Positions 1-8,888 of a stretch of DNA of 64,000 bases are shown in pieces. The position numbers and the translations under genes are program-made. The DNA is from Bacteroidota bacterium (GTDB lineage Bacteria; Bacteroidota; Rhodothermia; Rhodothermales; JBCCMF01): the NCBI GenBank assembly GCA_038747545.1, contig JBCDJT010000004.1, forward strand, positions 810-64,809. The letters are read 5' to 3'. The notes below the pieces were generated by a model. That model was not told where the DNA came from, ran no database searches, and worked only from the letters and a program-made list of their open reading frames with translations. How positions within the stretch are numbered: the stretch's first letter is position 1; each line of letters opens with the position of its first letter.

Positions 1-610
1 CGGCAGCCTCGCGGGTCTGCTCGGCAGCGCTGGCCGCAGCGCGGAGGGCCAACATCATCTCCGGCGTGGCCTCGCCTTTGCGCGCGGCGAAGAAGCCCCA
101 GACCATCGGGTAGTTGGCCAGTTCGTACCACTCCTGCCCCAAGTCCATCGCGTAGCTCTCGGGACGCATGTACGGCACCTCGTCGCCTACAATCAGCGCA
201 GCGTCGGCGTCGATGTCGAGCACCCAAGAGGGCTCCTCGGCATCGACGGGGAAAAACTGCGGTGTCATGCCGTAGTGCTCCTTCAAGATGAGCCGTGCCA
301 GCAACACCTCAGTGGTGTAGCGGGGATCGAAGGCTAGGGACTGCGCCTCGGCGTTTAGGTCGTTGCGCATGACAATCCGAGCAAACGGATAGTGCCACGT
401 CGATAGGGCGACCTCAGGGAAAATGTCGTACAGGTCTGGATCGCGCATGGCCGTCAGCGTGGGCACAAGCGCGATGTCCGCCTCTCCTGCACGCAGCGCC
501 AAATCGCACCGCGCCGGGTCAGCTCTGATAATCGACAGCTCTGCACCCGCTGCGCCAATCGCGTCTGCCCAGAATGTGCCGGGGGTTGTATTCCAAAGGG
601 CTATGTTCAT
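1..610 (-). CDS. MqnA/MqnD-family protein (futalosine-route menaquinone biosynthesis, chorismate dehydratase-like); 3' end cut by window edge
   Basis: Not in the ORF track because it runs off the window. Hand reverse-translation from ATG (complement of 608-610) gives MNIALWNTTPGTFWADAIGAAGAELSIIRADPARCDLALRAGEADIALVPTLTAMRDPDLYDIFPEVALSTWHYPFARIVMRNDL...DLGQEWYELANYPMVWGFFAARKGE. No stop occurs down to nt 1. The pattern resembles VitK2_biosynth/MqnA proteins. Confidence 0.5.
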   Translation of the reverse strand, partial: MNIALWNTTPGTFWADAIGAAGAELSIIRADPARCDLALRAGEADIALVPTLTAMRDPDLYDIFPEVALSTWHYPFARIVMRNDLNAEAQSLAFDPRYTTEVLLARLILKEHYGMTPQFFPVDAEEPSWVLDIDADAALIVGDEVPYMRPESYAMDLGQEWYELANYPMVWGFFAARKGEATPEMMLALRAAASAAEQTREAA

Positions 611-668
611 GCTTTGTGGTCTTAAGTCTCAGGTCGGCAGGTCCAAGGAATGTTCAGACGTTCCCACT

Positions 669-772
669 TGTCATCCCGAGCGGCGACCGGAGGTCAGAGT
701 CGAGGGATCTCCCAGGTCGGGGCTGTGCAAAACGTAATCGGGGGAGATCCATCGGCTTCGCTCGGGATGACA
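669..772. repeat. 104-bp palindromic REP/MITE-like intergenic element, copy A
   Basis: Perfect 14-nt terminal inverted repeats TGTCATCCCGAGCG / CGCTCGGGATGACA. Inner inverted pair CGAGGGATCTCCC / GGGAGATCC. A second copy of identical length lies at 51035..51138 in flipped orientation. Confidence 0.75.
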
Positions 773-936
773 GCTTTTATGCTGTGCAGTTTCTCATAGA
801 CAGCGAAAACCGCCGGAGGGTATACCGCCGACGGTTTCCATACTCAAACGATGCCGCACGCGCATCGGTTCACGGCTTGCTGAGTATCCGAAAACCCAAA
901 GCGCGAGGCGCGTCCGAGTCTCGAACAGCGAGCGGC

Positions 937-1302
937 CTACTTCTTCTTGCCGTCGTAGCGCTTCTCGCGGATACGGGCGGCTTTACCGCGCAGGTTGCGC
1001 AGGTAGTAGAGCTTGGCGCGGCGCACGCGGCCACGGCGCACAACCTCGACCTTGGCCACGCGGGGCGAGGCGAATGGGAAGATGCGCTCTACGCCGATGC
1101 CACCGCTGACTTTGCGGACGGTGTACGAGCGGCCCGTGCCGGAGCCTTTGATGCGGATCACGACGCCGCGGAAGATCTGGATACGCTCTTTGGCGCCCTC
1201 AATCACGCGCACGTGAACTTCTACGGTATCGCCGGGGGCGAAATCGGGAATGTCGTTGCGTTGCTGCGTCCCCTCGACCAGTTTCATGATGTCGGTAGCC
1301 AT
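937..1302 (-). CDS. rplS: 50S ribosomal protein L19
   Basis: Reads [55 protein letters not shown]...RRAKLYYLR. The ORF track extends to 1335, but MATD is the likely start. Conserved trmD-rplS linkage. Confidence 0.95.
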   Translation of the reverse strand: MATDIMKLVEGTQQRNDIPDFAPGDTVEVHVRVIEGAKERIQIFRGVVIRIKGSGTGRSYTVRKVSGGIGVERIFPFASPRVAKVEVVRRGRVRRAKLYYLRNLRGKAARIREKRYDGKKK

Positions 1303-1386
1303 GACGCACCTCCTAGTGTTGTATGTGTTAATCAAGTTGTGAAAGCCCGCCGAGGCAGGCTTGCGGCCCGAGCGCTCCTGGAACGG

Positions 1387-2073
1387 CTACCGCTCCAGTA
1401 GATCAGGACGTCTTTCCTGGGTTTTCTGCTGACGCTGTTCGTCGCGCCACTGCTGCACTTTTTCGTGGTTACCCGAGAGGAGCACCGCTGGCACATCCAT
1501 CCCTCGGTATGATGCGGGCCGGGTGTAACACGGCGCGTCGAGCCTGTTGTCCTGGAACGAGTCGGTCAGCGCGGACTGGGCATCGTTGAGCACGCCGGGG
1601 ATGAGCCGGACGAGCGCGTCGACCAGGATGAGCGCAGGCAGTTCGCCTCCACTCAGCACGAAGTCGCCGATGGAGACTTCCTTGGTCACGAGCACATCGC
1701 GCACGCGCTGGTCGATGCCCTTGTAGTGCCCCGCGATGAGCACCACGTGGCGATGCAGCGACAGCGCGTTGGCCATCGGCTGATCGAGCACTTCGCCGTC
1801 GGGCGTGAGGAAGATGACCTCGTCGATGGCGTCGGCGCCGACTTCAGCCTGGATGGCCTCGATGCACTCGAACAGCGGCTCGGGCCGGAAGACCATGCCT
1901 GCGCCGCCGCCGTACGGATAGTCGTCGATCTGGCGGTGCTTGCCCACGGCGAAGTTACGCAGGTCGTGTACGCGGATGTCGACCAAGCCTTTCTTGGCGG
2001 CGCGGTGCAGGATGCTCTGGTCGAGCGGTCCCGTCACAATGCCTGGCAGGCCAGTGATGATGTCAATCCGCAT
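1387..2073 (-). CDS. trmD: tRNA (guanine37-N1)-methyltransferase
   Basis: 228 aa, [13 protein letters not shown]...[11 protein letters not shown]...[12 protein letters not shown]...[14 protein letters not shown]. Lies in the rimM-trmD-rplS context. Confidence 0.95.
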   Translation of the reverse strand: MRIDIITGLPGIVTGPLDQSILHRAAKKGLVDIRVHDLRNFAVGKHRQIDDYPYGGGAGMVFRPEPLFECIEAIQAEVGADAIDEVIFLTPDGEVLDQPMANALSLHRHVVLIAGHYKGIDQRVRDVLVTKEVSIGDFVLSGGELPALILVDALVRLIPGVLNDAQSALTDSFQDNRLDAPCYTRPASYRGMDVPAVLLSGNHEKVQQWRDEQRQQKTQERRPDLLER

Positions 2074-2680
2074 CGCTTTTGCCTTGCTCGTCTACATCGC
2101 GTTCGCTCTCGGCACCATCGCCAAGCAAGCCCTCGATGGGCTTGACCACGATCTGCTCAGTATCCCAGTCGATAGCCTCGATGAACTCAGGCACCGCAGG
2201 GATCATCGCCTCGGGCTGTTCTGGACGCGACACGATGTACACGTCATACGTGGGCAGTTCGAGGTAGTCACGCATCGTCCCGATAGGCTTACCTTCGTCG
2301 GTCACAACGGTCAAGCCGATCAGGTCGTCGAGGAAGAACTCGTCGTCGTCCATCTCCGGCAGGTCGTCCTCGTGGGCGTAGACTTTGCGCGAGCGTAGCG
2401 CCTCGGCGGCTTCGCGCGAGCCGACGCCAGCCAGCGCCAGCACGATCTGCGTCTTGCGCTTCGCCACCATCGTCCGCACCAATGTAACCGGGTAGGCCGT
2501 CACCTTCTCTGCCGACACGCCGAGGTAAACCTCTCGCACGTCGAACAACCGCGACGGGTCATCCGTCTCTGGATAGACCTTCAGTTCGCCACGCACGCCG
2601 TGCGCCCGGATCACCGTGCCGACCCAAACGAGCTGGTCCGATGCGGGGTTGGGCATACGATCTACGTGGCTGTGCAGCAA
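2063..2680 (-). CDS. rimM: 16S rRNA processing protein RimM
   Basis: Reads [26 protein letters not shown]... with a PRC-barrel-like C-terminus. Overlaps trmD by 11 nt. The start may be the internal Met at 2656. Confidence 0.85.
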   Translation of the reverse strand: MLHSHVDRMPNPASDQLVWVGTVIRAHGVRGELKVYPETDDPSRLFDVREVYLGVSAEKVTAYPVTLVRTMVAKRKTQIVLALAGVGSREAAEALRSRKVYAHEDDLPEMDDDEFFLDDLIGLTVVTDEGKPIGTMRDYLELPTYDVYIVSRPEQPEAMIPAVPEFIEAIDWDTEQIVVKPIEGLLGDGAESERDVDEQGKSDAD

Positions 2681-2737
2681 TCGTCAAAGAACAGCGCGCG
2701 CCGCCGACCGAGGCCTGCGGCGCGCTCAAAATGTGTG

Positions 2738-3421
2738 TTACGCAGTCTTCTCTGCGTCGTCGCCTTCGGCGGCAGGTGCTTCCTCAGCAGGAGCCTCCGC
2801 AGCCGTTTCCTCAGCCGGAGCCTCTGCCTCTGCAGCGGGTGCCTCGGCGTCTGCGGCTTCCTGGGCCGCGTTGGCTTCGGCCTGCTCAGCCTGGGCGGCA
2901 GCGGCTTCGGCCGCTTTCTGCGCTTCGCGCTCGGCGGCGGCCTTGCGCTGGGCCTCTTCCGCCGCTTTGCGCGCAGCTTCTTCGGCTTCGCGGCGCAGCT
3001 TGGCCTCTTCGGCTTCACGAGCAGCGGCCTCTTCGGCTTCAGCGGCTAGCGCCTGCTGCTTGCGCTGCTTGACAGTCAGCTTGATGCCCTGCTCGGCCTT
3101 AACGCCGCGGCGCGTCTTGTGCGCTTCCACAGCGGCTTCGATCTCCTCAGCCGAGGCGCCTTTCTTCTCCATGTGGAGTTCGAGCAGCACGCCCTGACGG
3201 CTCAGCAAGCTACGGGCCGTGTCGGTAGGCTGTGCGCCCTGGCCCAGCCAGTACTTGACGCGCTCGCTGTTGAGCGAAACCGTCGCAGGCTCGGTCATGG
3301 GGTTGTAGCGGCCCAGGTCTTCGATAAAGCGACCGTCGCGCGGGCTACGGGAGTCCGCCGCTACGATGGCGTAGATCGGACGGCGCTTGCGGCCCATGCG
3401 GCGTAAACGAATTTTAACCAC
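2738..3421 (-). CDS. rpsP: 30S ribosomal protein S16 with a long Ala/Glu/Lys-rich C-terminal extension
   Basis: GTG start. The N-terminus [41 protein letters not shown] is canonical S16. Roughly the last 130 aa are low-complexity ([39 protein letters not shown]...). Confidence 0.9.
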   Translation of the reverse strand: MVKIRLRRMGRKRRPIYAIVAADSRSPRDGRFIEDLGRYNPMTEPATVSLNSERVKYWLGQGAQPTDTARSLLSRQGVLLELHMEKKGASAEEIEAAVEAHKTRRGVKAEQGIKLTVKQRKQQALAAEAEEAAAREAEEAKLRREAEEAARKAAEEAQRKAAAEREAQKAAEAAAAQAEQAEANAAQEAADAEAPAAEAEAPAEETAAEAPAEEAPAAEGDDAEKTA

Positions 3422-3537
3422 GGTACGGGTAGTGTTTGGTGTTAGTAGTGAAGGTCATCAACCAGCGGTCGCTGGCCGTGTGAGCCTCGCGGCTCGTATG
3501 TGAAGCGCGCAGGGCGCTGAGGCATTGTGTTAGTGTG

Positions 3538-4887
3538 CTATCGTCCTCCAAGGAGCGAGCCGATGTTGACCGCCCGGCCTTTGCCCATCAGCTTCGTCAT
3601 CGTCTTCATCATCTTCTTCATCTCCTTGAACTGCTTCAGGAGCTGATTTACGTCGCGCACCTCCACGCCAGCGCCCGTCGCAATGCGGCGGCGGCGGCTG
3701 CCGTTGATGAGGTGCGGCTTATCGCGCTCAAGCGGTGTCATCGACTGGATCATAGCTTCGATGTGCTTGAACGCGTCATCGTCCACGTCCAGATCGCGCA
3801 TCGCCTTGCCCACGCCAGGGATCATGCCGAGGAGGTCTTTGATCGACCCCATCTTCTTGATCCGCTGGAGCTGGTCGTAAAAGTCCGTCAGGTTGAAGTC
3901 TTCCGAGCGGATCTTCTTCTGCAGCTTGGCCGCTTGCTCCTCGTCGAACTGCTCCTGCGCCTTCTCCACAAACGAGACCACGTCACCCATCCCAAGGATG
4001 CGCTGCGCCATGCGTTTGGGGTAGAACGGCGTGAGCGCGTCCAGCTTCTCGCCCGTCGAGGCAAACTTGATCGGCTTCTCGACGACGCTGCGGATGGAGA
4101 GCGCGGCGCCGCCACGGGTGTCGCCATCGAGCTTCGTCAGCACCACGCCGTCGAAGTTGAGGCGTTCGTTGAACGCTTTGGCCGTGTTGACCGCATCCTG
4201 GCCCGTCATGCTGTCCACGACAAACAGGATTTCAGTCGGGTTGGCCGTGTTCTTAATGTCTTCGACTTCCTGCATCATCTGGTCGTCCACGTGCAGGCGG
4301 CCTGCCGTGTCGATGATGAGGATGTCGTGGGCGTTGCGCTTGGCCTCTTCTACGGCCTCGCGCGCCACACGGACCGCGTCCTTGACGGGCTCGCCGTTCT
4401 CCAGCACGGAGTGAACGGGCACGTTGATCGACGCAGCGAGCGTCTTGAGCTGATCCACGGCGGCCGGACGGTACACGTCAGCAGCGGCCAGCATGGGCGA
4501 GCGGCCCTTCTCCTTGTAGAACTTGGAGAGCTTACCGCAGAACGTCGTCTTGCCCGAGCCCTGGAGGCCCGCCACCAGGATCACCGTCGGCGGGTTCTGC
4601 GCGGTCTTGACATCGACCTGCTCCGAGCCGAGCAGCTCCACCAGACCGTCGTAGACGATCTTGACGAGTTGCTGCCCTGGCGAGACGGCGTTGAGCACTT
4701 TCTCGCCCATCGCCTCTTCCTTCAGCTGGTTCGTGAAGGACCGCGCCACCTCGTAGTTGACGTCAGCATCCAACAAGGCCCGGCGAATCTCACGCATCGA
4801 CTCGGCGATGTTGAGTTCGTTGATGCGCCCTTGCCCGGTGACGGACTTGAGGGCTCCTTCGAGCTTATCGGATAGGCTGTCGAACAT
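3538..4887 (-). CDS. ffh: Signal recognition particle protein Ffh
   Basis: 449 aa. NG domain motifs (GLQGSGKTTFCGKL, DTAGRL, TKLDGD) and a Met-rich M domain (MKKMMKTMTKLMGKG). Confidence 0.97.
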   Translation of the reverse strand: MFDSLSDKLEGALKSVTGQGRINELNIAESMREIRRALLDADVNYEVARSFTNQLKEEAMGEKVLNAVSPGQQLVKIVYDGLVELLGSEQVDVKTAQNPPTVILVAGLQGSGKTTFCGKLSKFYKEKGRSPMLAAADVYRPAAVDQLKTLAASINVPVHSVLENGEPVKDAVRVAREAVEEAKRNAHDILIIDTAGRLHVDDQMMQEVEDIKNTANPTEILFVVDSMTGQDAVNTAKAFNERLNFDGVVLTKLDGDTRGGAALSIRSVVEKPIKFASTGEKLDALTPFYPKRMAQRILGMGDVVSFVEKAQEQFDEEQAAKLQKKIRSEDFNLTDFYDQLQRIKKMGSIKDLLGMIPGVGKAMRDLDVDDDAFKHIEAMIQSMTPLERDKPHLINGSRRRRIATGAGVEVRDVNQLLKQFKEMKKMMKTMTKLMGKGRAVNIGSLLGGR

Positions 4888-5045
4888 GCGTAGGAGAGCG
4901 GTTTACGAACGGCGAGGTGGCAAGCCCGACATATCAATCAGGCGGTTCTGCACAGACTTGCGAAAATACGGCTTAGGCAACCCTCAGGGCAAGTTCTGCA
5001 CGTTCACTGCACGTCGGCTAAATCCTCAAAACTGCCCCAAAAAGG

Positions 5046-5438
5046 CTATTCCGCAGATTCTTCACGGCCTCGCAAGAGGTCAATCGTTTCGACGGCGTGA
5101 CGGAGATGGGGAATCACGATGGAGCCACCCACGACAAGCGCTACGTTGAGTGCATCATCCAGCTCTTCGTCCGTAAAACCCGCTTCTACACACTGCGTCA
5201 GGTGGTAGTCGATGCAATCATTGCACCGCAGCACGGCGGAAGCGACGAGGCCGAGCAGTTCCTTTGTCCGGCCATCGAGCGCACCGTCGCGGTACGCCGC
5301 CGAGTCAAGGTTGAAGAACCGCTTGATGCCCAAGTGGGTTTTCTCATCTAAGATACGGCGATTCATGCGGTCGCGATACGCGGCGAAAGCGTCTAGGCGG
5401 TTCGGCTGTTTTGAATCGTTGGTGTGCGAGGTGCTCAT
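5046..5438 (-). CDS. Carboxymuconolactone decarboxylase (AhpD-like) family protein
   Basis: 130 aa. Reads FAAYRDRMNRRIL...RFFNLDSAAYRDGALDGRTKELLGLVASAVLRCNDCIDYHL, which includes the CxxC-type CMD motif. Confidence 0.8.
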   Translation of the reverse strand: MSTSHTNDSKQPNRLDAFAAYRDRMNRRILDEKTHLGIKRFFNLDSAAYRDGALDGRTKELLGLVASAVLRCNDCIDYHLTQCVEAGFTDEELDDALNVALVVGGSIVIPHLRHAVETIDLLRGREESAE

Positions 5439-6009
5439 GACAAAAGAAGTTATCCGTAAACAAAGTGCTGCCTACCGACGCGGGCTGACCGACGCGGTTC
5501 ACCAGCAGCTGAGCGCGTCCATCTGCACCCGCGTTGCCAAGCACGAGGCGTTCCGGCGCGCACGGACAGTACACCTCTACTGGCCAATGCTTGCACACCG
5601 CGAAGTAGACACGCGCCCGCTGATCCAGGCTGCATGGGACGAAGGGAAGCGTGTGGTTGTACCCGTCGTGGCGCGGTTCGGACGCAACGTCACTACTACG
5701 CCTCGTCTTCGCCATATCGCTATCACGCCTGATACGCCGCTGGCGCCCAATCGGTGGGGCATCCCCGAACCGCAGGCAGGGCCTACCGTTCCGCTCGCCG
5801 ACCTCGACCTGGTTGTTGTACCCGCCCTCGCCTTCGACCGTGCCGGGTACCGCGTGGGGCACGGGTTCGGCTATTACGATGAGTTTCTGGGGTCGCTCTC
5901 GGTACACAGGGTTGGTCTCTGCTATGCTGCTTGCCTGCACGATGCTGTTCCACATGAACGGCACGACATCGCTGTGGATAACGTGATGACGGAGTTGGAA
6001 ACGATATGA
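5437..6009 (+). CDS. 5-formyltetrahydrofolate cyclo-ligase
   Basis: Starts at MTKEVIRKQSAAYRRGL, the ATG at 5437 inside the longer track ORF 5212..6009. Contains motifs PVV..., NRWGIPEP and VVPALAFDRAGYRVGHGFGYYD. Confidence 0.85.
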   Translation: MTKEVIRKQSAAYRRGLTDAVHQQLSASICTRVAKHEAFRRARTVHLYWPMLAHREVDTRPLIQAAWDEGKRVVVPVVARFGRNVTTTPRLRHIAITPDTPLAPNRWGIPEPQAGPTVPLADLDLVVVPALAFDRAGYRVGHGFGYYDEFLGSLSVHRVGLCYAACLHDAVPHERHDIAVDNVMTELETI

Positions 6010-6077
6010 GGCGAATGCTGTAACCTGAATCCCCCGGCTGCGTACCTCCTCAGAAGACACACCCCGGCCCCGCCACC

Positions 6078-6713
6078 ATGAGTTCACGCACGCGCAATCG
6101 CTCCAAGACCGACGAATCGTTCCGCTACGAGGACGACCTAAACTTCGACCTGGAGTCGCTCTCGGAAGACGAGCTAGAAGAGATGCTCTTCGACGAGGAT
6201 GAGGACAAGAAAGAGAACAGTTTCTTCAACCTCCCTGTCATGGCTGGCCTCTCCATCATTATGGTGGGAATCGCCTACCTCTTCCAAGAGATGGGGCTCA
6301 GTCCACTGGCCATTGACTTCTCTCAGATCATTGCCTTCCTGCCGTGGATTGCAGGCGTGCTCATCATCCTGCTCGGCTTTGGCGTGCTCTCGTGGCGGCC
6401 GAAGAAGAAGAAAAAGAAGGTACGCAAGACCGTTAAGACGTCCACGGGCAAGACGCGCGTGGTGATTGAGGACGATCCAAAGAGCAAGTCGAAGCGGCTG
6501 TCCAAATCGCGCGACAAGAAGGTGGCTGGCGTCGCCGCCGGGATCGCCGAGTACTTCAACATCGACCCGACAATCGTACGCATCGCCTTCGTCATTGGCA
6601 CCGTGGCCTCGGGTGGTCCCTTTCTGATTGCCTACCTCCTGCTGGCGGCGGTCATGCCCAAGCCCGAGCCCCGTTCTGCTGAAGAGCGCATCCGTATCAT
6701 CCGCGACAGCTAA
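6078..6713 (+). CDS. PspC-domain membrane protein
   Basis: Acidic N-terminus, TM segments and a KKKKKK stretch. C-terminal PspC domain: KKVAGVAAGIAEYFNIDPTIVRIAFVIGTVASGGPFLIAYLLLAAVMP. Confidence 0.8.
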   Translation: MSSRTRNRSKTDESFRYEDDLNFDLESLSEDELEEMLFDEDEDKKENSFFNLPVMAGLSIIMVGIAYLFQEMGLSPLAIDFSQIIAFLPWIAGVLIILLGFGVLSWRPKKKKKKVRKTVKTSTGKTRVVIEDDPKSKSKRLSKSRDKKVAGVAAGIAEYFNIDPTIVRIAFVIGTVASGGPFLIAYLLLAAVMPKPEPRSAEERIRIIRDS

Positions 6714-6727
6714 ACCCGACTCTACCT

Positions 6728-6913
6728 ATGTCTCAACTGACCCGTTCGCGAAGCGATCGTGTCGTCGCAGGCGTCTGCGGCGGTCTAGCCCACTACTTTG
6801 GATGGGACCCTACTATTGTGCGTGTAGGCTACGTGCTGCTCAGTGTGTTTATGGCCGGTTTCCCAGGATTGCTTGTCTACATCATCCTGGCATTCGTGAT
6901 GCCTGAGCGGTAA
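6728..6913 (+). CDS. Small PspC-domain protein
   Basis: 61 aa. Reads RVVAGVCGGLAHYFGWDPTIVRVGYVLLSVFMAGFPGLLVYIILAFVMP. Confidence 0.8.
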   Translation: MSQLTRSRSDRVVAGVCGGLAHYFGWDPTIVRVGYVLLSVFMAGFPGLLVYIILAFVMPER

Positions 6914-7138
6914 ACCCAAGCACACCGCATCCGCTTGTTTATCCTACAATTACCTGTCTAGGGCGTACTCCCCTGGGGGCAAGCAAAAGCGGGCGGGTAT
7001 TTGCCACGTGATACTTAAAGTGTCTGTCGTATCGTCGATACGGTGTAGCAAACGATCGTTGGCCTGTAGAGGGCGAAGTCGGCGATCTACACCCTAACGT
7101 TAAGTGGCGCTCCTCCGAGTGCCTTCGACAAGCACCCG

Positions 7139-7588
7139 ATGCGACGTATCTCCTCTTCTCCCGATGCCGCCTTCGCAGGGCTACGGGTTCTCGTTGCCGA
7201 CGACAGCGAGATCAACCGTGACCTTGCCACCAACCTCCTGACCATGTTGGGCTGCGTAACCTCGACGGCTGCCAATGGCTATGCGGCTGTGGAAGCGTGC
7301 CAGAAGAATGACTTTGACTTGATCCTGATGGACTGCCGCATGCCTGGCCTCGATGGCTTTGCCGCTACCCGCGCCATCCGGTCTTTTGAGCAGACGATCA
7401 ATGCATTCCCGATGCCAATCATTGCCCTGACGGTCTCACCGCTGCCGAGTACCCGCGAGCAGTGTCTCCAAGCAGGTATGGACGATTGCATCGCTAAGCC
7501 CATTCGCATTGCGACGTTGAAGCGTCATCTGGAGGCGTACTTACCCAAAGCACAACGTGCGACTCCGCCGTTGCGGCGCGCGGCCTGA
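7139..7588 (+). CDS. Stand-alone response-regulator receiver (CheY-like) protein
   Basis: Reads LRVLVADDSEINRDL...DLILMDCRMPGLDGF...ALTV...CIAKP. No output domain and no adjacent histidine kinase. Confidence 0.85.
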   Translation: MRRISSSPDAAFAGLRVLVADDSEINRDLATNLLTMLGCVTSTAANGYAAVEACQKNDFDLILMDCRMPGLDGFAATRAIRSFEQTINAFPMPIIALTVSPLPSTREQCLQAGMDDCIAKPIRIATLKRHLEAYLPKAQRATPPLRRAA

Positions 7589-7598
7589 CGTTGGGTTG

Positions 7599-8888
7599 CT
7601 ATTTGGGCAGTGTCCCGGCTAGCGCCACCTGCATCTTCTCCAGCGACCAGTGCCGGGCCATGGCTGCGTGTACGTCGTCCAAGGTTGTGGCATGCACCTC
7701 GTCCGTGAAGCCGTCCAGGTACTCTACCTCGAACTGCCGCTCGGCATTGGTATGTAGCAACGAGGCCAGCCCACCCGTGGTCGCCTGGCTCACTTGAAAC
7801 GTGCCCGTAACGGTGGTCTTGGCTGTGTCTAACTCCTCTGCCGTGACGCCCTCTTGGAGAAAACGAGCCACTTCGGCATGCACGGCATCAATGCCGTGCT
7901 CCAGGTTGGCTTGGCTGAGCGTGACCTTCACGCGCCAGTCGGCGTCGTGCTCAGTGCCGATGCCGTTGAGCATACTGCGGATGCCGTAGGTGAGGCCTTG
8001 CTCGTCGCGGATGGTAGCCATGAGACGCGATGAGAAGTTACCGCCCAGCATAAAGTTGGCCAGGTAGAGCGCGAGGTAGTCGGGGTCCTGGCGGCGTAGG
8101 CTGATGGCATGCCCGAGAATGACATCAAGGTTCATCTTGTCAGCGACAGGGACGTCGGTGCGGCCTGGCGGTTGCGGTTGCGCGTCGGCGATGAACGTGG
8201 CCGGTTGCGTGTGTGGGGCCCAGTTCCCGAAGCCCTTGGCCAGCAGCGTGACGGTGACCTCCTCATCCAGATCGCCAACAGCGGTAACGGCCAACTCGTT
8301 GGCGCCAAAGTGCTCTGCATGGAATGCCCGCACCTCGTCCAAGTCAATCTGAGCGAGGTGCTCAAGTTGGGCGGCTGGATTCGGATCGTAGTTGGGATGC
8401 GCAGGCGCGTACAGCCGCTTGGTAAACGCAGCACTCGCTAGAGCTCCGGTGCTTTGCATGGCGTGCTGCAGTTCGGCTGCCACTTGGGCGCGCACCTGCT
8501 CGAACTCCGCCTCGGCAAAGCGTGGCTGGTGGATTTGCTCAGCCAGCAGCGGTAACACAATGTCGGCATCGGCTTTCAGCATCTTGGCGTTGAACGCCAC
8601 ACGGTCCCCATCCGTGCGGAAGCTGACCTTAGCGCCCCGGTTCTCCAACACGTCGGCGATGGCGAACTGGTCGCGCCCGAGCGTGCCCTTGTCGAGCATC
8701 TTCACGCAAAGGGTCTGCACCAAGTCCTCGTCGGCGCCAAAGTCAGGGTGTACGCGGAACGAGCCCCGCACCGCCACCACATCGCGTACAGGCGTAGGCA
8801 GCGTCTGCAATAGCATGCCGCCAATGTGGTGCTGCGTAACCCGTTCGGCCAGAGGCACCGCTGCTGTCAGTTCACTCGTCATATCCAT
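7599..8888 (-). CDS. M16 (pitrilysin/insulinase) family peptidase, non-catalytic-type subunit
   Basis: 429 aa with the M16 fold pattern but no HxxEH motif. Overlaps the upstream M16 gene by 17 nt. Confidence 0.8.
   Translation of the reverse strand: MDMTSELTAAVPLAERVTQHHIGGMLLQTLPTPVRDVVAVRGSFRVHPDFGADEDLVQTLCVKMLDKGTLGRDQFAIADVLENRGAKVSFRTDGDRVAFNAKMLKADADIVLPLLAEQIHQPRFAEAEFEQVRAQVAAELQHAMQSTGALASAAFTKRLYAPAHPNYDPNPAAQLEHLAQIDLDEVRAFHAEHFGANELAVTAVGDLDEEVTVTLLAKGFGNWAPHTQPATFIADAQPQPPGRTDVPVADKMNLDVILGHAISLRRQDPDYLALYLANFMLGGNFSSRLMATIRDEQGLTYGIRSMLNGIGTEHDADWRVKVTLSQANLEHGIDAVHAEVARFLQEGVTAEELDTAKTTVTGTFQVSQATTGGLASLLHTNAERQFEVEYLDGFTDEVHATTLDDVHAAMARHWSLEKMQVALAGTLPK

Noticed and set aside
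2600-3197. Several overlapping Ala/Ser/Arg-rich ORFs on both strands (2616..3197, 2600..3049, 2662..3018)
   Set aside because: They are alternative-frame readings of the low-complexity GCN/GAR-rich tail of rpsP.
3535-4875. 446-aa plus-strand ORF
   Set aside because: It is the mirror image of ffh. It has no motifs and is a shadow ORF.
4888-5045. 158-nt gap upstream of ffh, checked for a 6S or 4.5S RNA gene (6S RNA is linked to the 5-formyl-THF cyclo-ligase gene in E. coli)
   Set aside because: I could see no extended closing helix or 4.5S-like conserved hairpin. The only feature is a GTTCTGCAC direct repeat, so I make no ncRNA call.
7028-7042. Perfect 7+1+7 palindrome CGTATCG-T-CGATACG about 100 nt upstream of the orphan receiver gene
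   Set aside because: It is too short and isolated to interpret. It could be an operator, but chance occurrence cannot be excluded without comparative data.
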